Source: an uncultured Candidatus Saccharibacteria bacterium (GTDB lineage Bacteria; Patescibacteriota; Dojkabacteria; CAZCSM01). Taken from it: a stretch of DNA of 64,000 nt. Made by a program: the position numbers and the translations under genes. The stretch's first letter is position 1; each line of letters starts with the position of its first letter. The stretch lies in assembly GCA_964501355.1 (NCBI GenBank), contig CAZCSM010000004.1, positions 3,340 to 67,339 on the forward strand. Reading direction: 5' to 3'. Positions 1 to 10,393 of this stretch are shown piece after piece. A model generated the notes under the pieces. That model saw only the letters and a program-made list of their open reading frames with translations. It was not told where the DNA came from and ran no database searches.

Positions 1-326
1 TTGATTCAATTTTTTCCAAATATTCAGCAAAATCAACAAATAACATTTTTAAACATATACTAAGTTAAATATTTTCATCTTATCGATTATTTCGTTTCTT
101 TTATATTCCCCTTTGTTACCTGTATTTGGTCGTTCATACATGGGGTCTGGGACAACCTATTCCGGTAGTTATCTGTATTAAGTTGCTATTTGTCGGAACT
201 GGAGAAACCTCTCTGTCTTAACTTTGTTAAGACATCTCTCCTCCAAAGGAGGAAAGTCTTCCCAGAAATTTTGGTTACTTTTGTTTGCAAAAGTAACCAG
301 CAGCAAGCAAACCCCTTTCCGACCAA

Positions 327-533
327 CTAAAAAATCAAATTAACCAATTTCGTCAACGCACCAATAAGCAATACAAACATAAGAAAACCTGAAAATACAA
401 CAGATATGATAAAGTTAGCACGGCTAATCACCTTCTTTTTAGACAAATTCTTAAACCCGCGATACATGCCAAATCCAAGCATTATTACAATACTAATCAT
501 TATCAATGCTGTCAGAAACTCATAAATCCACAT
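327..533 (-). CDS. Small two-TM membrane protein, hypothetical
   Basis: 68 aa, two hydrophobic stretches; lies 5 bp downstream of the Fic gene. Confidence 0.55.
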   Translation of the reverse strand: MWIYEFLTALIMISIVIMLGFGMYRGFKNLSKKKVISRANFIISVVFSGFLMFVLLIGALTKLVNLIF

Positions 534-538
534 TCAAA

Positions 539-1597
539 TTAATCTCTCAAAATATATCTTGCAGACTTGGTCTTTCCAGTCTTCTTGATCAGGTGTCTAT
601 CAATAAGCACTTTCACATCACGAAGAATCGTATCGTCAGAGAATTTCGGAAGCAAATCCCGCCACTCACTGTTATTAATATAACCATGATCCTGAATAAA
701 GGAAAGAATCTTGACCTGACGATCGGTTAATGCGATTTGCCCCAGTTTCTTTTTAAGTCTCATATCTTGACTTAAGTCTAAGACTCGATTCTTAATTCTC
801 TCAAGTTCCTCTGCCAAGCCCTCACTAAAATATTCCAGCCAAAATGTCATATCGCCTTCCAATTTTTCGACACTTTGCAAAGCCTCATAATATCTTGGCA
901 AATCTCGATCATAATGCTCATCTAGACAAAAGAATCTCTTTATATCATAGCCATCTAACGACAAGCTTAATGTTGCCACGACTCGGGAAGTTCTTCCATT
1001 TGCCTCGACAAATGGGTGTATTCTGGCAATTTGAGTATGTAATATCCCCGACTTGATGACCGGATGTACTCCATTTTTCATCTCAGAATTATACCATTGG
1101 AAGAGACTGTCCAGAAGCTCCGGAACGAATCTTGCATCCGGTGCTCGGTATGAAACTTTTTGAGTTTTTGAATTAACTAGAACCACCGGCACATTTCGAA
1201 AAACGCCTGAATATTTTGCCGGCACAAGATCTTTGCTAATAATCCTGTGTATTTTCAATAAGAGATTTGAGTTAAGTTCCGGGGTCTTTCCCTTCCCTAG
1301 CTCATTATCAATATAGTTTAAGACTTCACGATAGTTCACAATCTCCTTGAAATCGCGAATTCGGACGTCATTTGAATCAAGCTTTCCATGAACAATTTGA
1401 CTTACCTGCTTATATGAAAGAGGATTATTTTCAATGTGTGTAGAATAATGAACCGTACGAACAAGAGCTTCGTTTTGGAAATTACGCTCCCACGCAGGAA
1501 CTAAAGGCGCATTAAGTATTATCGCTCGTGAAGATTCAATACGAGAAATGTTATTTAGGATAGTATTTGTAATTGTATATTTTGGATTAAATTTCAT
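539..1597 (-). CDS. Fic-domain protein with C-terminal winged HTH
   Basis: Fic motif HPFVEANGRTSR; N-terminal inhibitory-type motif STHIENN; C-terminal HTH (SDDTILRDVKVL). Confidence 0.9.
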   Translation of the reverse strand: MKFNPKYTITNTILNNISRIESSRAIILNAPLVPAWERNFQNEALVRTVHYSTHIENNPLSYKQVSQIVHGKLDSNDVRIRDFKEIVNYREVLNYIDNELGKGKTPELNSNLLLKIHRIISKDLVPAKYSGVFRNVPVVLVNSKTQKVSYRAPDARFVPELLDSLFQWYNSEMKNGVHPVIKSGILHTQIARIHPFVEANGRTSRVVATLSLSLDGYDIKRFFCLDEHYDRDLPRYYEALQSVEKLEGDMTFWLEYFSEGLAEELERIKNRVLDLSQDMRLKKKLGQIALTDRQVKILSFIQDHGYINNSEWRDLLPKFSDDTILRDVKVLIDRHLIKKTGKTKSARYILRD

Positions 1598-1612
1598 TTA
1601 TGAGTCAAAGAC

Positions 1613-2323
1613 TTAACTGCATTTCAAATACGAATCCAAATACATCTTTGCATAGTTCACAAATCTCTTTATAACTTTCCAATTATTTCCTCCGTGAGAA
1701 TGGTAAACATCAAGATTGGGTGAATATATAATAGCATAACCCGTATTTATCAATCTTTGTCCCAACAGAGTATCTTCCCCACCACCAAATTTCATCTCCT
1801 CAAATTTCAAATTTTCCTTTTCTAGAACAGATTTTCTAACAGCACAACTTGTACTTTGCAATAACCCCGGTTGTGATTTATTATTAATAACTTGAAATTT
1901 TCTTGGCCAGTATAATCCATCCGCCATGCACATCAATCTCTCAATTAGAGTAGATCTTTCATCATCTTCATACGGATAACATCTACCAAATAATCCAGCC
2001 ACATTTACATTTCCACTCATGCACGATGCAATTTCACCTAAGATATTTTTATGAATTGGAGTAGAATGAGCATTAGTTAAATACACAATATCATATCTTG
2101 CCTTCTCTATCCCCATATTACATGACTTTGCATGAGTGAATTCTTCATTTGAAATATTCACAAGAACTAATCCTTCCGCTGCACAGTACTGCTGAGTTCC
2201 ATCCGTCGATTCATTATCAACAACAACAATTTCGTAATCTTTGAAATCCTGCTTTTTATAAAGGTCTACAAGGTCCCTCAAATACTGCTTTTCATTTTTG
2301 CATCGAATAACAATAGATATCAT
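1613..2323 (-). CDS. Glycosyltransferase family 2
   Basis: ISIVIRCKNE...VVVDNESTDGT N-terminus; GGEDT motif. Confidence 0.9.
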   Translation of the reverse strand: MISIVIRCKNEKQYLRDLVDLYKKQDFKDYEIVVVDNESTDGTQQYCAAEGLVLVNISNEEFTHAKSCNMGIEKARYDIVYLTNAHSTPIHKNILGEIASCMSGNVNVAGLFGRCYPYEDDERSTLIERLMCMADGLYWPRKFQVINNKSQPGLLQSTSCAVRKSVLEKENLKFEEMKFGGGEDTLLGQRLINTGYAIIYSPNLDVYHSHGGNNWKVIKRFVNYAKMYLDSYLKCS

Positions 2324-2324
2324 G

Positions 2325-3071
2325 CTAACTTATGTTATATTTAAATTTATTTCTGCTCCAAAACCATAGTGGCGAATGAACATCGATTGGGCGAAGATTT
2401 GTTCCATCCAGAAGATTCCTCCACCTTTCTGCAATTTCATCACGCGATAATACATTTGATTCTCCCTTCGTAATCAAACCCAATTTTACAGAAGATTGAA
2501 TCACATGAGTATCTGGCGCAATGCCTATCTTATCAGAATGCAGCAAATCAATGTCACAATACTGCGTAAGAATGTAACTCCAGTAGTTAAAGATCTTTGG
2601 GCCGGATAAATAAGGAAATTCTTTCTTATAATCTCCCCGGACAACTTTCTGTAAGACAAGAAAATCAGATTTACAATAATCTAAAATCAGGTTTTTAAAA
2701 GTTCCCCAATTATTGCTTACCGTTTCTGAAACTCTATACCAGGTGTTAATATGCTTATTCGGTTGCAACGCTAATCGATGTTTCAGAAGTTTTAATCTTA
2801 GTTTTTCTTCCCCGATAGATTTTATATTCCCAATTTCGAAAGCATCATTTGTCGAGTTATCTAAGTATGTATCCGTTGCTGCTCGCCAAAGTTTGAAACT
2901 ATCTCTCTGATAATTCAATGCCATCGGCAAGGTAAAAAACCGCAGTTTTTGTTCCAAAGACTTCTCAAATTCAGGATGACAATCCTCCGGCATTGTTGTA
3001 TCACCCAAATTACCATTTTTATACGCAGTAATAATTTTCTTTACCTTTTGAAAAACTTCATCTTTATTCAA
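2325..3071 (-). CDS. Hypothetical protein, HhH-GPD/DNA-glycosylase-like fold
   Basis: LSGPKI and IAPDTHV resemble HhH-GPD motifs; likely start TTG at 3071 with GGAGG upstream, overlapping the polA stop. Confidence 0.6.
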   Translation of the reverse strand: MNKDEVFQKVKKIITAYKNGNLGDTTMPEDCHPEFEKSLEQKLRFFTLPMALNYQRDSFKLWRAATDTYLDNSTNDAFEIGNIKSIGEEKLRLKLLKHRLALQPNKHINTWYRVSETVSNNWGTFKNLILDYCKSDFLVLQKVVRGDYKKEFPYLSGPKIFNYWSYILTQYCDIDLLHSDKIGIAPDTHVIQSSVKLGLITKGESNVLSRDEIAERWRNLLDGTNLRPIDVHSPLWFWSRNKFKYNIS

Positions 3072-5913
3072 AATCAATTTCCTCCAACTCACATAAATTA
3101 TTTCCAATCTCCACACCAACCGACAACGGAATCGAAAGTTTAATAACATTCTCCATTGCAGCCTTCATATTTTTCGCAAACTTTACCAAATTTTCACTAA
3201 CTATTTCACCCTCTTTGAATAAATCACTGCGGGATTTTCCTTCCTCTCTATATTCGAAAACAATTTCATCATGAATTTGGAGGAGCATTCTGGCCTCGAC
3301 TTTTTTATTTTCGCTTAGAAACAATTCTAGCGCGTCACTTGCCTCGATCATTGAAACCTTCATAATATCTGAAGCGGAAGACTGCATCGGGAAATTAATC
3401 GAAAATCTTTCTGCAGCTTTTCTTGCAGCAAAATTACTATTATTAATATTTCGAACAAGTGCTTTTCTGCCAAACATTGATTCCAAGTATCCATGCTCAT
3501 GGGCAAGCTCTTTTACCCGATCAATATACTTATGAATTTCCGGATATTCTTCGAAATAACGATCGATAATTTCTGCAGCCTCTTCCGGAGTTGCATTCAT
3601 TTGTTGTGATAAACCGTAGGCAGAAACTCCATAAAGGACTGCAAAATTTACTGTTTTTGCAACTCGACGTTGATCTTTTTTCACTTCTGCAACAGGAACA
3701 TCGAAGATTTCTGCAGCAGTGGCGGCATGAATATCTAAACCATTATTAAACGCAGCAAGCATTTTATCTTCTCCCGCAACATGAGCGGCTAATCGAAGTT
3801 CAATCTGAGAATAGTCAATTGCTACGAATACACTATCTTCTGATGCGATAAAGCATTTCCTAATTTCATTTCCCGATTTTGATCTAATCGGTATATTTTG
3901 TAAATTCGGATTCGAAGAAGACAGCCTACCGGTGATTGCAACAGCCTGATTATATGTGGTATGAATTTTCCCATCTTTTTGAATAAGTGGGAGAAGACCA
4001 TCAACGTAAGTTGAAACAAGTTTTGTCAGCTCACGATATTCTTCGATCGGCTTAATAATTGGATGCAAAGGCCGCAATTCCTCTAAGACTGATGCGGCTG
4101 TTGAATACCCTGTTTTTAATTTCTTCACCGGAGGAAGCTGCAGTTCTACAAAAAGAATATCTGCAAGCTGTCTTGATGAAGCTATGTTAAATTCATGACC
4201 TACAATCTCGTATATTTCCTTTTCAAGTGAAGAAACTTTCTTATCGAATTTTGACTTTAGCTCATGCAAATATGATTCGTCTACCAGAATGCCATTTGAT
4301 TCCATCTGTGCAAGAATCGAAAGTATCGGCATTTCCACTTTATAGAACAGATCTTTGACACCAACTCGATAATCGGGAAGAGCCATGAACTTTTCAAATT
4401 CGCCCTTTACCAGTTTCTTCCAAACTAATCCTGCAATTTTATCCTCTTCCTCAAGTCTCTTTTTTAAAATAGGTTGCAGCTTTGAAATAACAGAGACCAT
4501 TTTCCCACTATAACTTTCGATCAAAACAATACTCGTCGGCTTTTTATCTTCAACAACAGTCCCAAGTTCGGAAAAAGCCAAAGAACGAAGATCTAAATTG
4601 CCGCCGCTGAAACCAAGCAGATACGCAGCCAGCATAATATCAAATGTCATTCTGTGTGCCGAAATTCCGAGTTTCTCTAAAACGTGTAGATCAGATTTGA
4701 TATCATATCCGCATTTCTCGACTTCTATATTTTCGAAGAGAGTCTTAAAAGATGACAATGCGTTTCCCTTAATAATCTGGGCAGGAAGAACATACGACTC
4801 TTCCTCTTCAAAGTTTACAGATAGACATTCAAGTTCATTTTCTGCATTGATGCAGATGTGATATGAAAACGACTTTACGGAATTGGCCTTATCGAAGAAT
4901 TTCTCAACCTCAATTTGGTTCTGCAAAACTTTAGTATCCGTCGAGGATTGTTCCTGAATAGCTTCGGAAGAAAATAGTCCAATCTGAGTCTTATTTTTAC
5001 TCTCTCTGGTAGATTGAGGTAATCTTTTGATTAACGACCTGAACTGTAGTTCTTGAAAAAGATTGAGCACAGAATCTTTGTCATAGTCTGCTAGCACCGA
5101 ATCTTCATAATTTAAAGTGATTGGCACATCGGTAACAATTGTAGCTAGTTGTTTACTCATTATCGCAGATTCATGCTCCTCCGCAAACTTCTTGGCATAT
5201 CGTGATGGAACCTTGTCTAGATTTTCATAAATGTTCTCGACCGTACCAAACTCTTGCAGAAGGGTTGTCGCCCCTTTATCACCAACACCTTTAACTCCTG
5301 GAATTTCATCTGACGGATCTCCTGCAATTGCCTTGAGATCTATTATCTGTTTTGGCGCTAAACCGAAGCGTTCTTTCACTTCTTCAATTCCGTATAGCTT
5401 CATGTCTTTGAAAGTTTTCCCCGGCAACCAAACCTTTGTGTTTGCATCAATAAGTTGCAATGCATCTTTGTCACCCGTAACGATAATTGTGTTTACCTGA
5501 TTTTGGGGATCAAGTTCATCAATCTGACGACAAAGCGTTCCTATGACATCATCTGCTTCATAGCCCTCTACTGCAAATATGGGAATGTTCAATGCCTCTA
5601 CAACCTGTCTAACTCTGGCAAATTGGGGTTTCATCTCTTCATCCGGCTCACGGCGATTCGCCTTGTAACCGATGTACTCAAGATGGCGAAATGTTGGTTT
5701 TGGAAGATCAAATGCACAGGCGATATACGTCGGTTTTATCGTTTCCAGAACGTTGAATAGCATTGAGGTGAATCCATAAACAGCATTTACTTGCTCACCG
5801 GAAACGGTCGTTAAGGTTGAAGGATATGCATGGTATGCTCTGTGAATCAGAGCATTTGAATCAATTAATGCGAAGATTTCTTTACCATTATTATTGAAAT
5901 GCGCAACAGCCAT
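3064..5913 (-). CDS. polA: DNA polymerase I
   Basis: 5'-3' exonuclease (EADDVIGT, GDPSDEIPGVKGVG); polymerase motifs DYSQIELR, AKTVNFAVLYG, QIHDE. Confidence 0.98.
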   Translation of the reverse strand: MAVAHFNNNGKEIFALIDSNALIHRAYHAYPSTLTTVSGEQVNAVYGFTSMLFNVLETIKPTYIACAFDLPKPTFRHLEYIGYKANRREPDEEMKPQFARVRQVVEALNIPIFAVEGYEADDVIGTLCRQIDELDPQNQVNTIIVTGDKDALQLIDANTKVWLPGKTFKDMKLYGIEEVKERFGLAPKQIIDLKAIAGDPSDEIPGVKGVGDKGATTLLQEFGTVENIYENLDKVPSRYAKKFAEEHESAIMSKQLATIVTDVPITLNYEDSVLADYDKDSVLNLFQELQFRSLIKRLPQSTRESKNKTQIGLFSSEAIQEQSSTDTKVLQNQIEVEKFFDKANSVKSFSYHICINAENELECLSVNFEEEESYVLPAQIIKGNALSSFKTLFENIEVEKCGYDIKSDLHVLEKLGISAHRMTFDIMLAAYLLGFSGGNLDLRSLAFSELGTVVEDKKPTSIVLIESYSGKMVSVISKLQPILKKRLEEEDKIAGLVWKKLVKGEFEKFMALPDYRVGVKDLFYKVEMPILSILAQMESNGILVDESYLHELKSKFDKKVSSLEKEIYEIVGHEFNIASSRQLADILFVELQLPPVKKLKTGYSTAASVLEELRPLHPIIKPIEEYRELTKLVSTYVDGLLPLIQKDGKIHTTYNQAVAITGRLSSSNPNLQNIPIRSKSGNEIRKCFIASEDSVFVAIDYSQIELRLAAHVAGEDKMLAAFNNGLDIHAATAAEIFDVPVAEVKKDQRRVAKTVNFAVLYGVSAYGLSQQMNATPEEAAEIIDRYFEEYPEIHKYIDRVKELAHEHGYLESMFGRKALVRNINNSNFAARKAAERFSINFPMQSSASDIMKVSMIEASDALELFLSENKKVEARMLLQIHDEIVFEYREEGKSRSDLFKEGEIVSENLVKFAKNMKAAMENVIKLSIPLSVGVEIGNNLCELEEIDFE

Positions 5914-5974
5914 AAAAAAATAGGAGTAGAATAATCTACTCCTATTGTACTATAAATTATTAAGTTAGTGTAAA

Positions 5975-6247
5975 TTAACCCTCTTGTACATCTCCTCGAT
6001 AACAAACACGAGAGAAAGCTTTAGATCCTGCTGTAGGTCTAAACGTACACCCGTTTTCACTCTCAGGCACAAGAATCTCTGCAAATAATTTGCCATCATG
6101 TTTAAGTTCAATCAGAGCGTGATTTAGTCCTCCTCCTGTTACATCAGTAACAATAAACCCAAAATCTTCAAAAGGCATCCTTTCACCATCGCGAAGGACT
6201 ACTGGCTCTTGCCCTCCAGGAATATACACTTCCGTACACATAAACAA
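5975..6247 (-). CDS. Hypothetical protein
   Basis: 90-aa ORF co-oriented between ftsH and polA; start uncertain. Confidence 0.5.
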   Translation of the reverse strand: MFMCTEVYIPGGQEPVVLRDGERMPFEDFGFIVTDVTGGGLNHALIELKHDGKLFAEILVPESENGCTFRPTAGSKAFSRVCYRGDVQEG

Positions 6248-6411
6248 AAAAATCTGATTTATTTGCGCAGATTTTACAAGAAGAAGAAGAAGAAGAAACT
6301 GTCAATACTAGAGGATAAACAAGCATTTTTCAATTATCAATTTTCATCTTTTACAAAAGAAAAAGATTCGCTGTGTCAGACATAGATTTCAAGGACAATA
6401 CATTTACAAAA

Positions 6412-6439
6412 GTAGGAACGCGCCATGGCGCGTTCCTAC
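6412..6439. repeat. GTAG-family REP-like perfect palindrome
   Basis: GTAGGAACGCGCCATGGCGCGTTCCTAC; related copy at 55714-55742. Confidence 0.7.
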
Positions 6440-6463
6440 AAACTATTTACTACTCTCTACTAA

Positions 6464-8320
6464 CTATTTACTTTTCTTCAAATAATCTTCCACAAACTTA
6501 TCATACTCCTCCATATCCATAACCTCTTTATCAAGAAGTTCTTTTGATAAGCTATCAAGAAGTTCTCTATGTTTCGTCAAAATATCAGTCGCGGTCTGCC
6601 AAGCCTTTTTAATAATAGCTTCGACTTCTTCATCAATGTCCTTTGCTGTCTCTTCAGAATAGTCCTTTCCCATGCCGTATCCATAGCCCAACGCTTCGCT
6701 TTCGTCATCCTGCCCGTATTTAACCATACCAAGTTTCTTGCTCATACCATACTGCTTCACCATATTTCTTGCAAGTTTCGAAGCGTTGGCAATGTCAGAA
6801 GACGCACCTGTCGTAACGTCACCAAAAACAAGCTCTTCTGCAGCATTACCTGCCATATCAATTGCAATTCTAGAGAGAAGCTTTGTCTTTGTTCGAAAAG
6901 TTTCATCCTTCTCTGGAAGCATCATAGTAACACCGGCAGCTCGTCCTCGAGTAATAATTGAAATCTTATGAACAGGATCAGATTCCGGAACAAATTTAGA
7001 AACAATTGCATGTCCTGATTCATGATATGCAGTAATTTCAAGATCTCTTTTTCCTTTCTTTCTATGCTTCTCTCGCCCCATTTGTACACGAACAGAAGCC
7101 TCTTCAATCTCACTAAATCCAATTTTATCCTTACCTCTTTGAACAGCCAATATCGCAGATTCGTTAAGCATGTTCTCAATATCAGCACCAGAGAAGCCAA
7201 CGGTTCTTCTCGCAATTCGCTCGAAGTCAACATCTTCCTCAACTGGTTTATTTTTTGCATGAATCTTTATAATTTCTTCACGACCCTGTACATCGGGAAG
7301 TTCCAAATAAACATGTCTGTCAAATCTACCAGGTCTAAGAAGGGCCGGATCGAGAACATCTGGTCTATTTGTTGCAGCTAGGACAATTACGTTATCATTC
7401 TTTTCGAAACCATCCATCTCAACAAGAATCTGATTCAACGTCTGCTCAGTTGCTCCGGAAGTAACATTTGTACCTCTTTTACGAGCTACAGCATCAATCT
7501 CATCAATGAAGATAATACAAGGTGATGCTTTCTTTGCTTTTTCGAATAAATCTCGAACACGAGAAGCACCCGCACCGACAAGCATTTCCTCAAATTCTGC
7601 ACCTGAAGTATGAAAGAATGGGACACCTGCTTCACCGGCAATTGCTCGAGCGAGCAAAGTTTTACCGGTTCCCGGAGGCCCGAAAAGAAGCATTCCCTTT
7701 GGAATTCTTGCTCCCATTTTTGAGAACTTCTTTGGATTCTTCAAAAACTCAACAACCTCTTCGAGCTCATCCTTCGCCTCATCACAACCCGCAACGCTTT
7801 TAAATGTTACATCCGGTTTTTTGCCAAAAATCATTCTTGCCTTGCTTTTGCCAAATTCAAAAATCTTTCCACCTGCACCTTGCATATTCTTGAGGAAAAT
7901 AACAATTAAAACAACAGTTCCTCCAAGAAGCAAAATATTTAAAATATCAGAAAAGTTAATTCTGAAAGTTGGAACATACTCAATTTTCACTTCAGACTGA
8001 GTAATATCAATACCTTCCTCATCCTGAAGAACTTTAACAATATCAAAACCGGGCTGAGTAAGGGCGTATACCATAGTCCCATCCAGCTTTTCAATCTCCA
8101 CCTTGTCATCACGAATCCGAACTTCATTTACGTTCTCCTCTTTTACCTCTCGAATAACATCATTTAATCCGACGAGCTCAGACTCTTTGTACCCTGCAAA
8201 AAAGTTGAATAGCGTAATTGCTATTATTACGGAAATTACAATTGTCGTAATTGAAAGACCCCTTCTCTTCGAAGGCAACTTTACTCTGACAATATTGGGA
8301 TTCTTCGTATTCTCTGCCAT
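6464..8320 (-). CDS. ftsH: ATP-dependent zinc metalloprotease FtsH
   Basis: Two TM segments, Walker [12 protein letters not shown] motif [25 protein letters not shown]. Confidence 0.98.
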   Translation of the reverse strand: MAENTKNPNIVRVKLPSKRRGLSITTIVISVIIAITLFNFFAGYKESELVGLNDVIREVKEENVNEVRIRDDKVEIEKLDGTMVYALTQPGFDIVKVLQDEEGIDITQSEVKIEYVPTFRINFSDILNILLLGGTVVLIVIFLKNMQGAGGKIFEFGKSKARMIFGKKPDVTFKSVAGCDEAKDELEEVVEFLKNPKKFSKMGARIPKGMLLFGPPGTGKTLLARAIAGEAGVPFFHTSGAEFEEMLVGAGASRVRDLFEKAKKASPCIIFIDEIDAVARKRGTNVTSGATEQTLNQILVEMDGFEKNDNVIVLAATNRPDVLDPALLRPGRFDRHVYLELPDVQGREEIIKIHAKNKPVEEDVDFERIARRTVGFSGADIENMLNESAILAVQRGKDKIGFSEIEEASVRVQMGREKHRKKGKRDLEITAYHESGHAIVSKFVPESDPVHKISIITRGRAAGVTMMLPEKDETFRTKTKLLSRIAIDMAGNAAEELVFGDVTTGASSDIANASKLARNMVKQYGMSKKLGMVKYGQDDESEALGYGYGMGKDYSEETAKDIDEEVEAIIKKAWQTATDILTKHRELLDSLSKELLDKEVMDMEEYDKFVEDYLKKSK

Positions 8321-8467
8321 AACTTTAATAAAAAACTGATTAATAAACTAACAAGATGATTGTACCGTTATTGCGCACAATTAACAAGAATTTCAAGAAC
8401 AAGTTACAGTGTTAGTAACAGGAACAAAGAACTTTATCAATTAAAGGTGAAGTTTTAAAGATCTCTC

Positions 8468-8638
8468 AAAATCACAAAATCCAAGCATCAATTTCCAAAC
8501 AAATTACAATTACCCAAACAACAAATTCAAAACAAATCGGAATAATAACATTTTTGCAAAATAGTTTGAAAATGTTTGAGGTTTAAAATTTGTGATTTGG
8601 TATTTATTTGGAACTTGAGATTTATTATTTGGAATTTG
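8468..8638. repeat. Long imperfect inverted repeat built of ~7-nt units (copy 1)
   Basis: C/A-rich arm then G/T-rich arm; TCAATTTCCAAACAAATTACAATTACC (8488-8514) is identical to 44117-44143. Confidence 0.6.
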
Positions 8639-8658
8639 AGCAAGCGAAGCTTGCATAG

Positions 8659-8735
8659 TGGTGGTGACGAGTGGAATCGAACCACCGACCTAGGGCTTAT
8701 GAGTCCCTCGCTCTAACCAACTGAGCTACATCACC
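8659..8735 (-). tRNA. tRNA-Met(CAU), elongator type
   Basis: GGTGATG/CGTCACC acceptor stem, anticodon arm AGGGA-CTCATAA-GCCCT, TTCGATT loop, encoded CCA. Confidence 0.9.
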
Positions 8736-8767
8736 ACAAACTTTTATTAGGTTAGAAAGATCATAAA

Positions 8768-8842
8768 TGGTTGCGGGGGACGGATTTGAACCATCGACCT
8801 TCAGGTTATGAGCCTGACGAGCTGCCACTGCTCCACCCCGCG
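8768..8842 (-). tRNA. tRNA-fMet(CAU), initiator
   Basis: CGCGGGG 5' end with C1:A72 mismatch, CTCATAA loop, encoded CCA. Confidence 0.95.
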
Positions 8843-8891
8843 TTAGTGCACAAAGGAATATACAATATATGGGCATGAAAGTAAAGGAACG

Positions 8892-9305
8892 TTAGAGAAT
8901 CAAGTTCAACCAATTTCTAATATCTGGGGAAACTTCTGAATCATCATTCTCCGTTGTCGACTCATTAGAAACATTGCTGAAAACTCCTTCTGGAACAACT
9001 AGTATTGAATCGCCCTCATTTGCAAGATTCAAATAATCTCGAGACTGAGCCTCTATAAAATCCAAAGAAGAGAACCAATCAAGGTCTGCTCGCAATTGAT
9101 CTTCCTGCAATTTCAAAGCATTCAATTTATCAACCTCGTTTTGGATTAGGTTATATCTTTCAATACCAAGCTTAATAACACCAAAGATGTTTACAGCAAA
9201 AAAGCCTACACCTATAACGCAAGTTATATTTACTATAATTCCCATAATTGAAACTTTTGGGAAGCTGACATCCTTCAAATATTTTCCTATTAATCCGCCT
9301 CGCAT
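8892..9305 (-). CDS. Septum formation initiator (FtsB/DivIC-like)
   Basis: TM segment, coiled coil, then FIEAQSRDYLNLANEGD motif. Confidence 0.7.
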   Translation of the reverse strand: MRGGLIGKYLKDVSFPKVSIMGIIVNITCVIGVGFFAVNIFGVIKLGIERYNLIQNEVDKLNALKLQEDQLRADLDWFSSLDFIEAQSRDYLNLANEGDSILVVPEGVFSNVSNESTTENDDSEVSPDIRNWLNLIL

Positions 9306-9414
9306 ATTATCCTGTAGTCTTATTTATTGACTAATCACATATTAAGTGTTATTATCCAAACAACTGTCCTACTGCATAAACGCCCCTGATATTTATAATT
9401 TCTTTGATTTTGAG

Positions 9415-10281
9415 ATGATTGATACACAAGAAACCGTTAACTTATTTATAAAGCAGCTGGAGACAGAAGGCAAGTCCAACTCGACCCTTCTTGCATATGG
9501 AAAAGACATTGAACAGTTCATTGAGCTTATTAACAAGATACATCTTGATACTCTCGATGAACTAGAGGAAGAACATATTAAACTCTTCTTGGAGTCTTTA
9601 GAAAAGCAGAACTATACGCCGAAAAGTATCTCAAGAAAACTTAATAGCATCAGAACCTTTTGCAAGATTATGAATGAAAAAGGATTGATGATTAAGAACC
9701 CTTCAAGTGTTGTATCTCATCCAAAGATTGAAGTAAAAGAACCACGAGTTCTAACGGAACTTGAATACAGAGCATTAAGAGATGTTTGCAGAAGAGATCA
9801 AAGACTTTACACAATAATCGAGCTAATGCTTCAAACAGGAATTCGAATTGGAGAATTAGCAAGACTTAAACTTGAAGAACTAAAGTTAGAAAAGAAATCC
9901 GGAGAGATCTTTATTCGAGCATATGGTAGCAATGGAGAGAGAACAATCCCTCTTAATGATACAGCAGCTTTATCACTATCAGACTATTTGAAGGAAAGAT
10001 ACCAAACAGAAAACACCGCAGTCTTTGTAACCAAAACAGGACGGCCCCTACTCGTTCGAAACATCAGAACTTCTGTAAACAGAGCTTTCAAGAAAGCCGG
10101 CATTGAAAATGCAAAAGTGAATGATTTAAGAAACACTTTTATCGCACACAACCTTGCAAAGGGAGCGGATCTTGTTAGAATCTCTCAAATCGTAGGACAT
10201 AAGAGAATATCAACAACTGAGAAGTATTTAGATCTTATTAAAAGCGACGAGCAGAACAAAACAAAACTAGAAGAACTGTAA
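9415..10281 (+). CDS. Tyrosine recombinase, XerC/XerD family
   Basis: SAM-like N-domain; TGIRIGE, NDLRNTF, VGH...TTEKY; start taken at ATG 9415. Confidence 0.9.
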   Translation: MIDTQETVNLFIKQLETEGKSNSTLLAYGKDIEQFIELINKIHLDTLDELEEEHIKLFLESLEKQNYTPKSISRKLNSIRTFCKIMNEKGLMIKNPSSVVSHPKIEVKEPRVLTELEYRALRDVCRRDQRLYTIIELMLQTGIRIGELARLKLEELKLEKKSGEIFIRAYGSNGERTIPLNDTAALSLSDYLKERYQTENTAVFVTKTGRPLLVRNIRTSVNRAFKKAGIENAKVNDLRNTFIAHNLAKGADLVRISQIVGHKRISTTEKYLDLIKSDEQNKTKLEEL

Positions 10282-10304
10282 CCACACAGAAAAACAATCA
10301 AACT

Positions 10305-10328
10305 AAGTCCGCATACAGCGGACTTTTT
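10305..10328 (+). terminator. Intrinsic terminator
   Basis: AAGTCCGC-ATACA-GCGGACTT followed by T run. Confidence 0.75.
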
Positions 10329-10393
10329 GATACTCATTGAAATTCATCCTTAATAACAATAATATAATATTGCATTAATTTATTATTAACAGG

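Noticed and set aside
8659-8735. tRNA-Ile2(CAU)
   Set aside because: The acceptor stem and the A31:G39 anticodon-stem mismatch fit elongator Met better; not fully excluded.
9415-10281. Tyrosine recombinase as the island integrase or an hsdS invertase
   Set aside because: It lies outside the att repeats and looks like a housekeeping Xer; there is only one hsdS and no inverted repeats.
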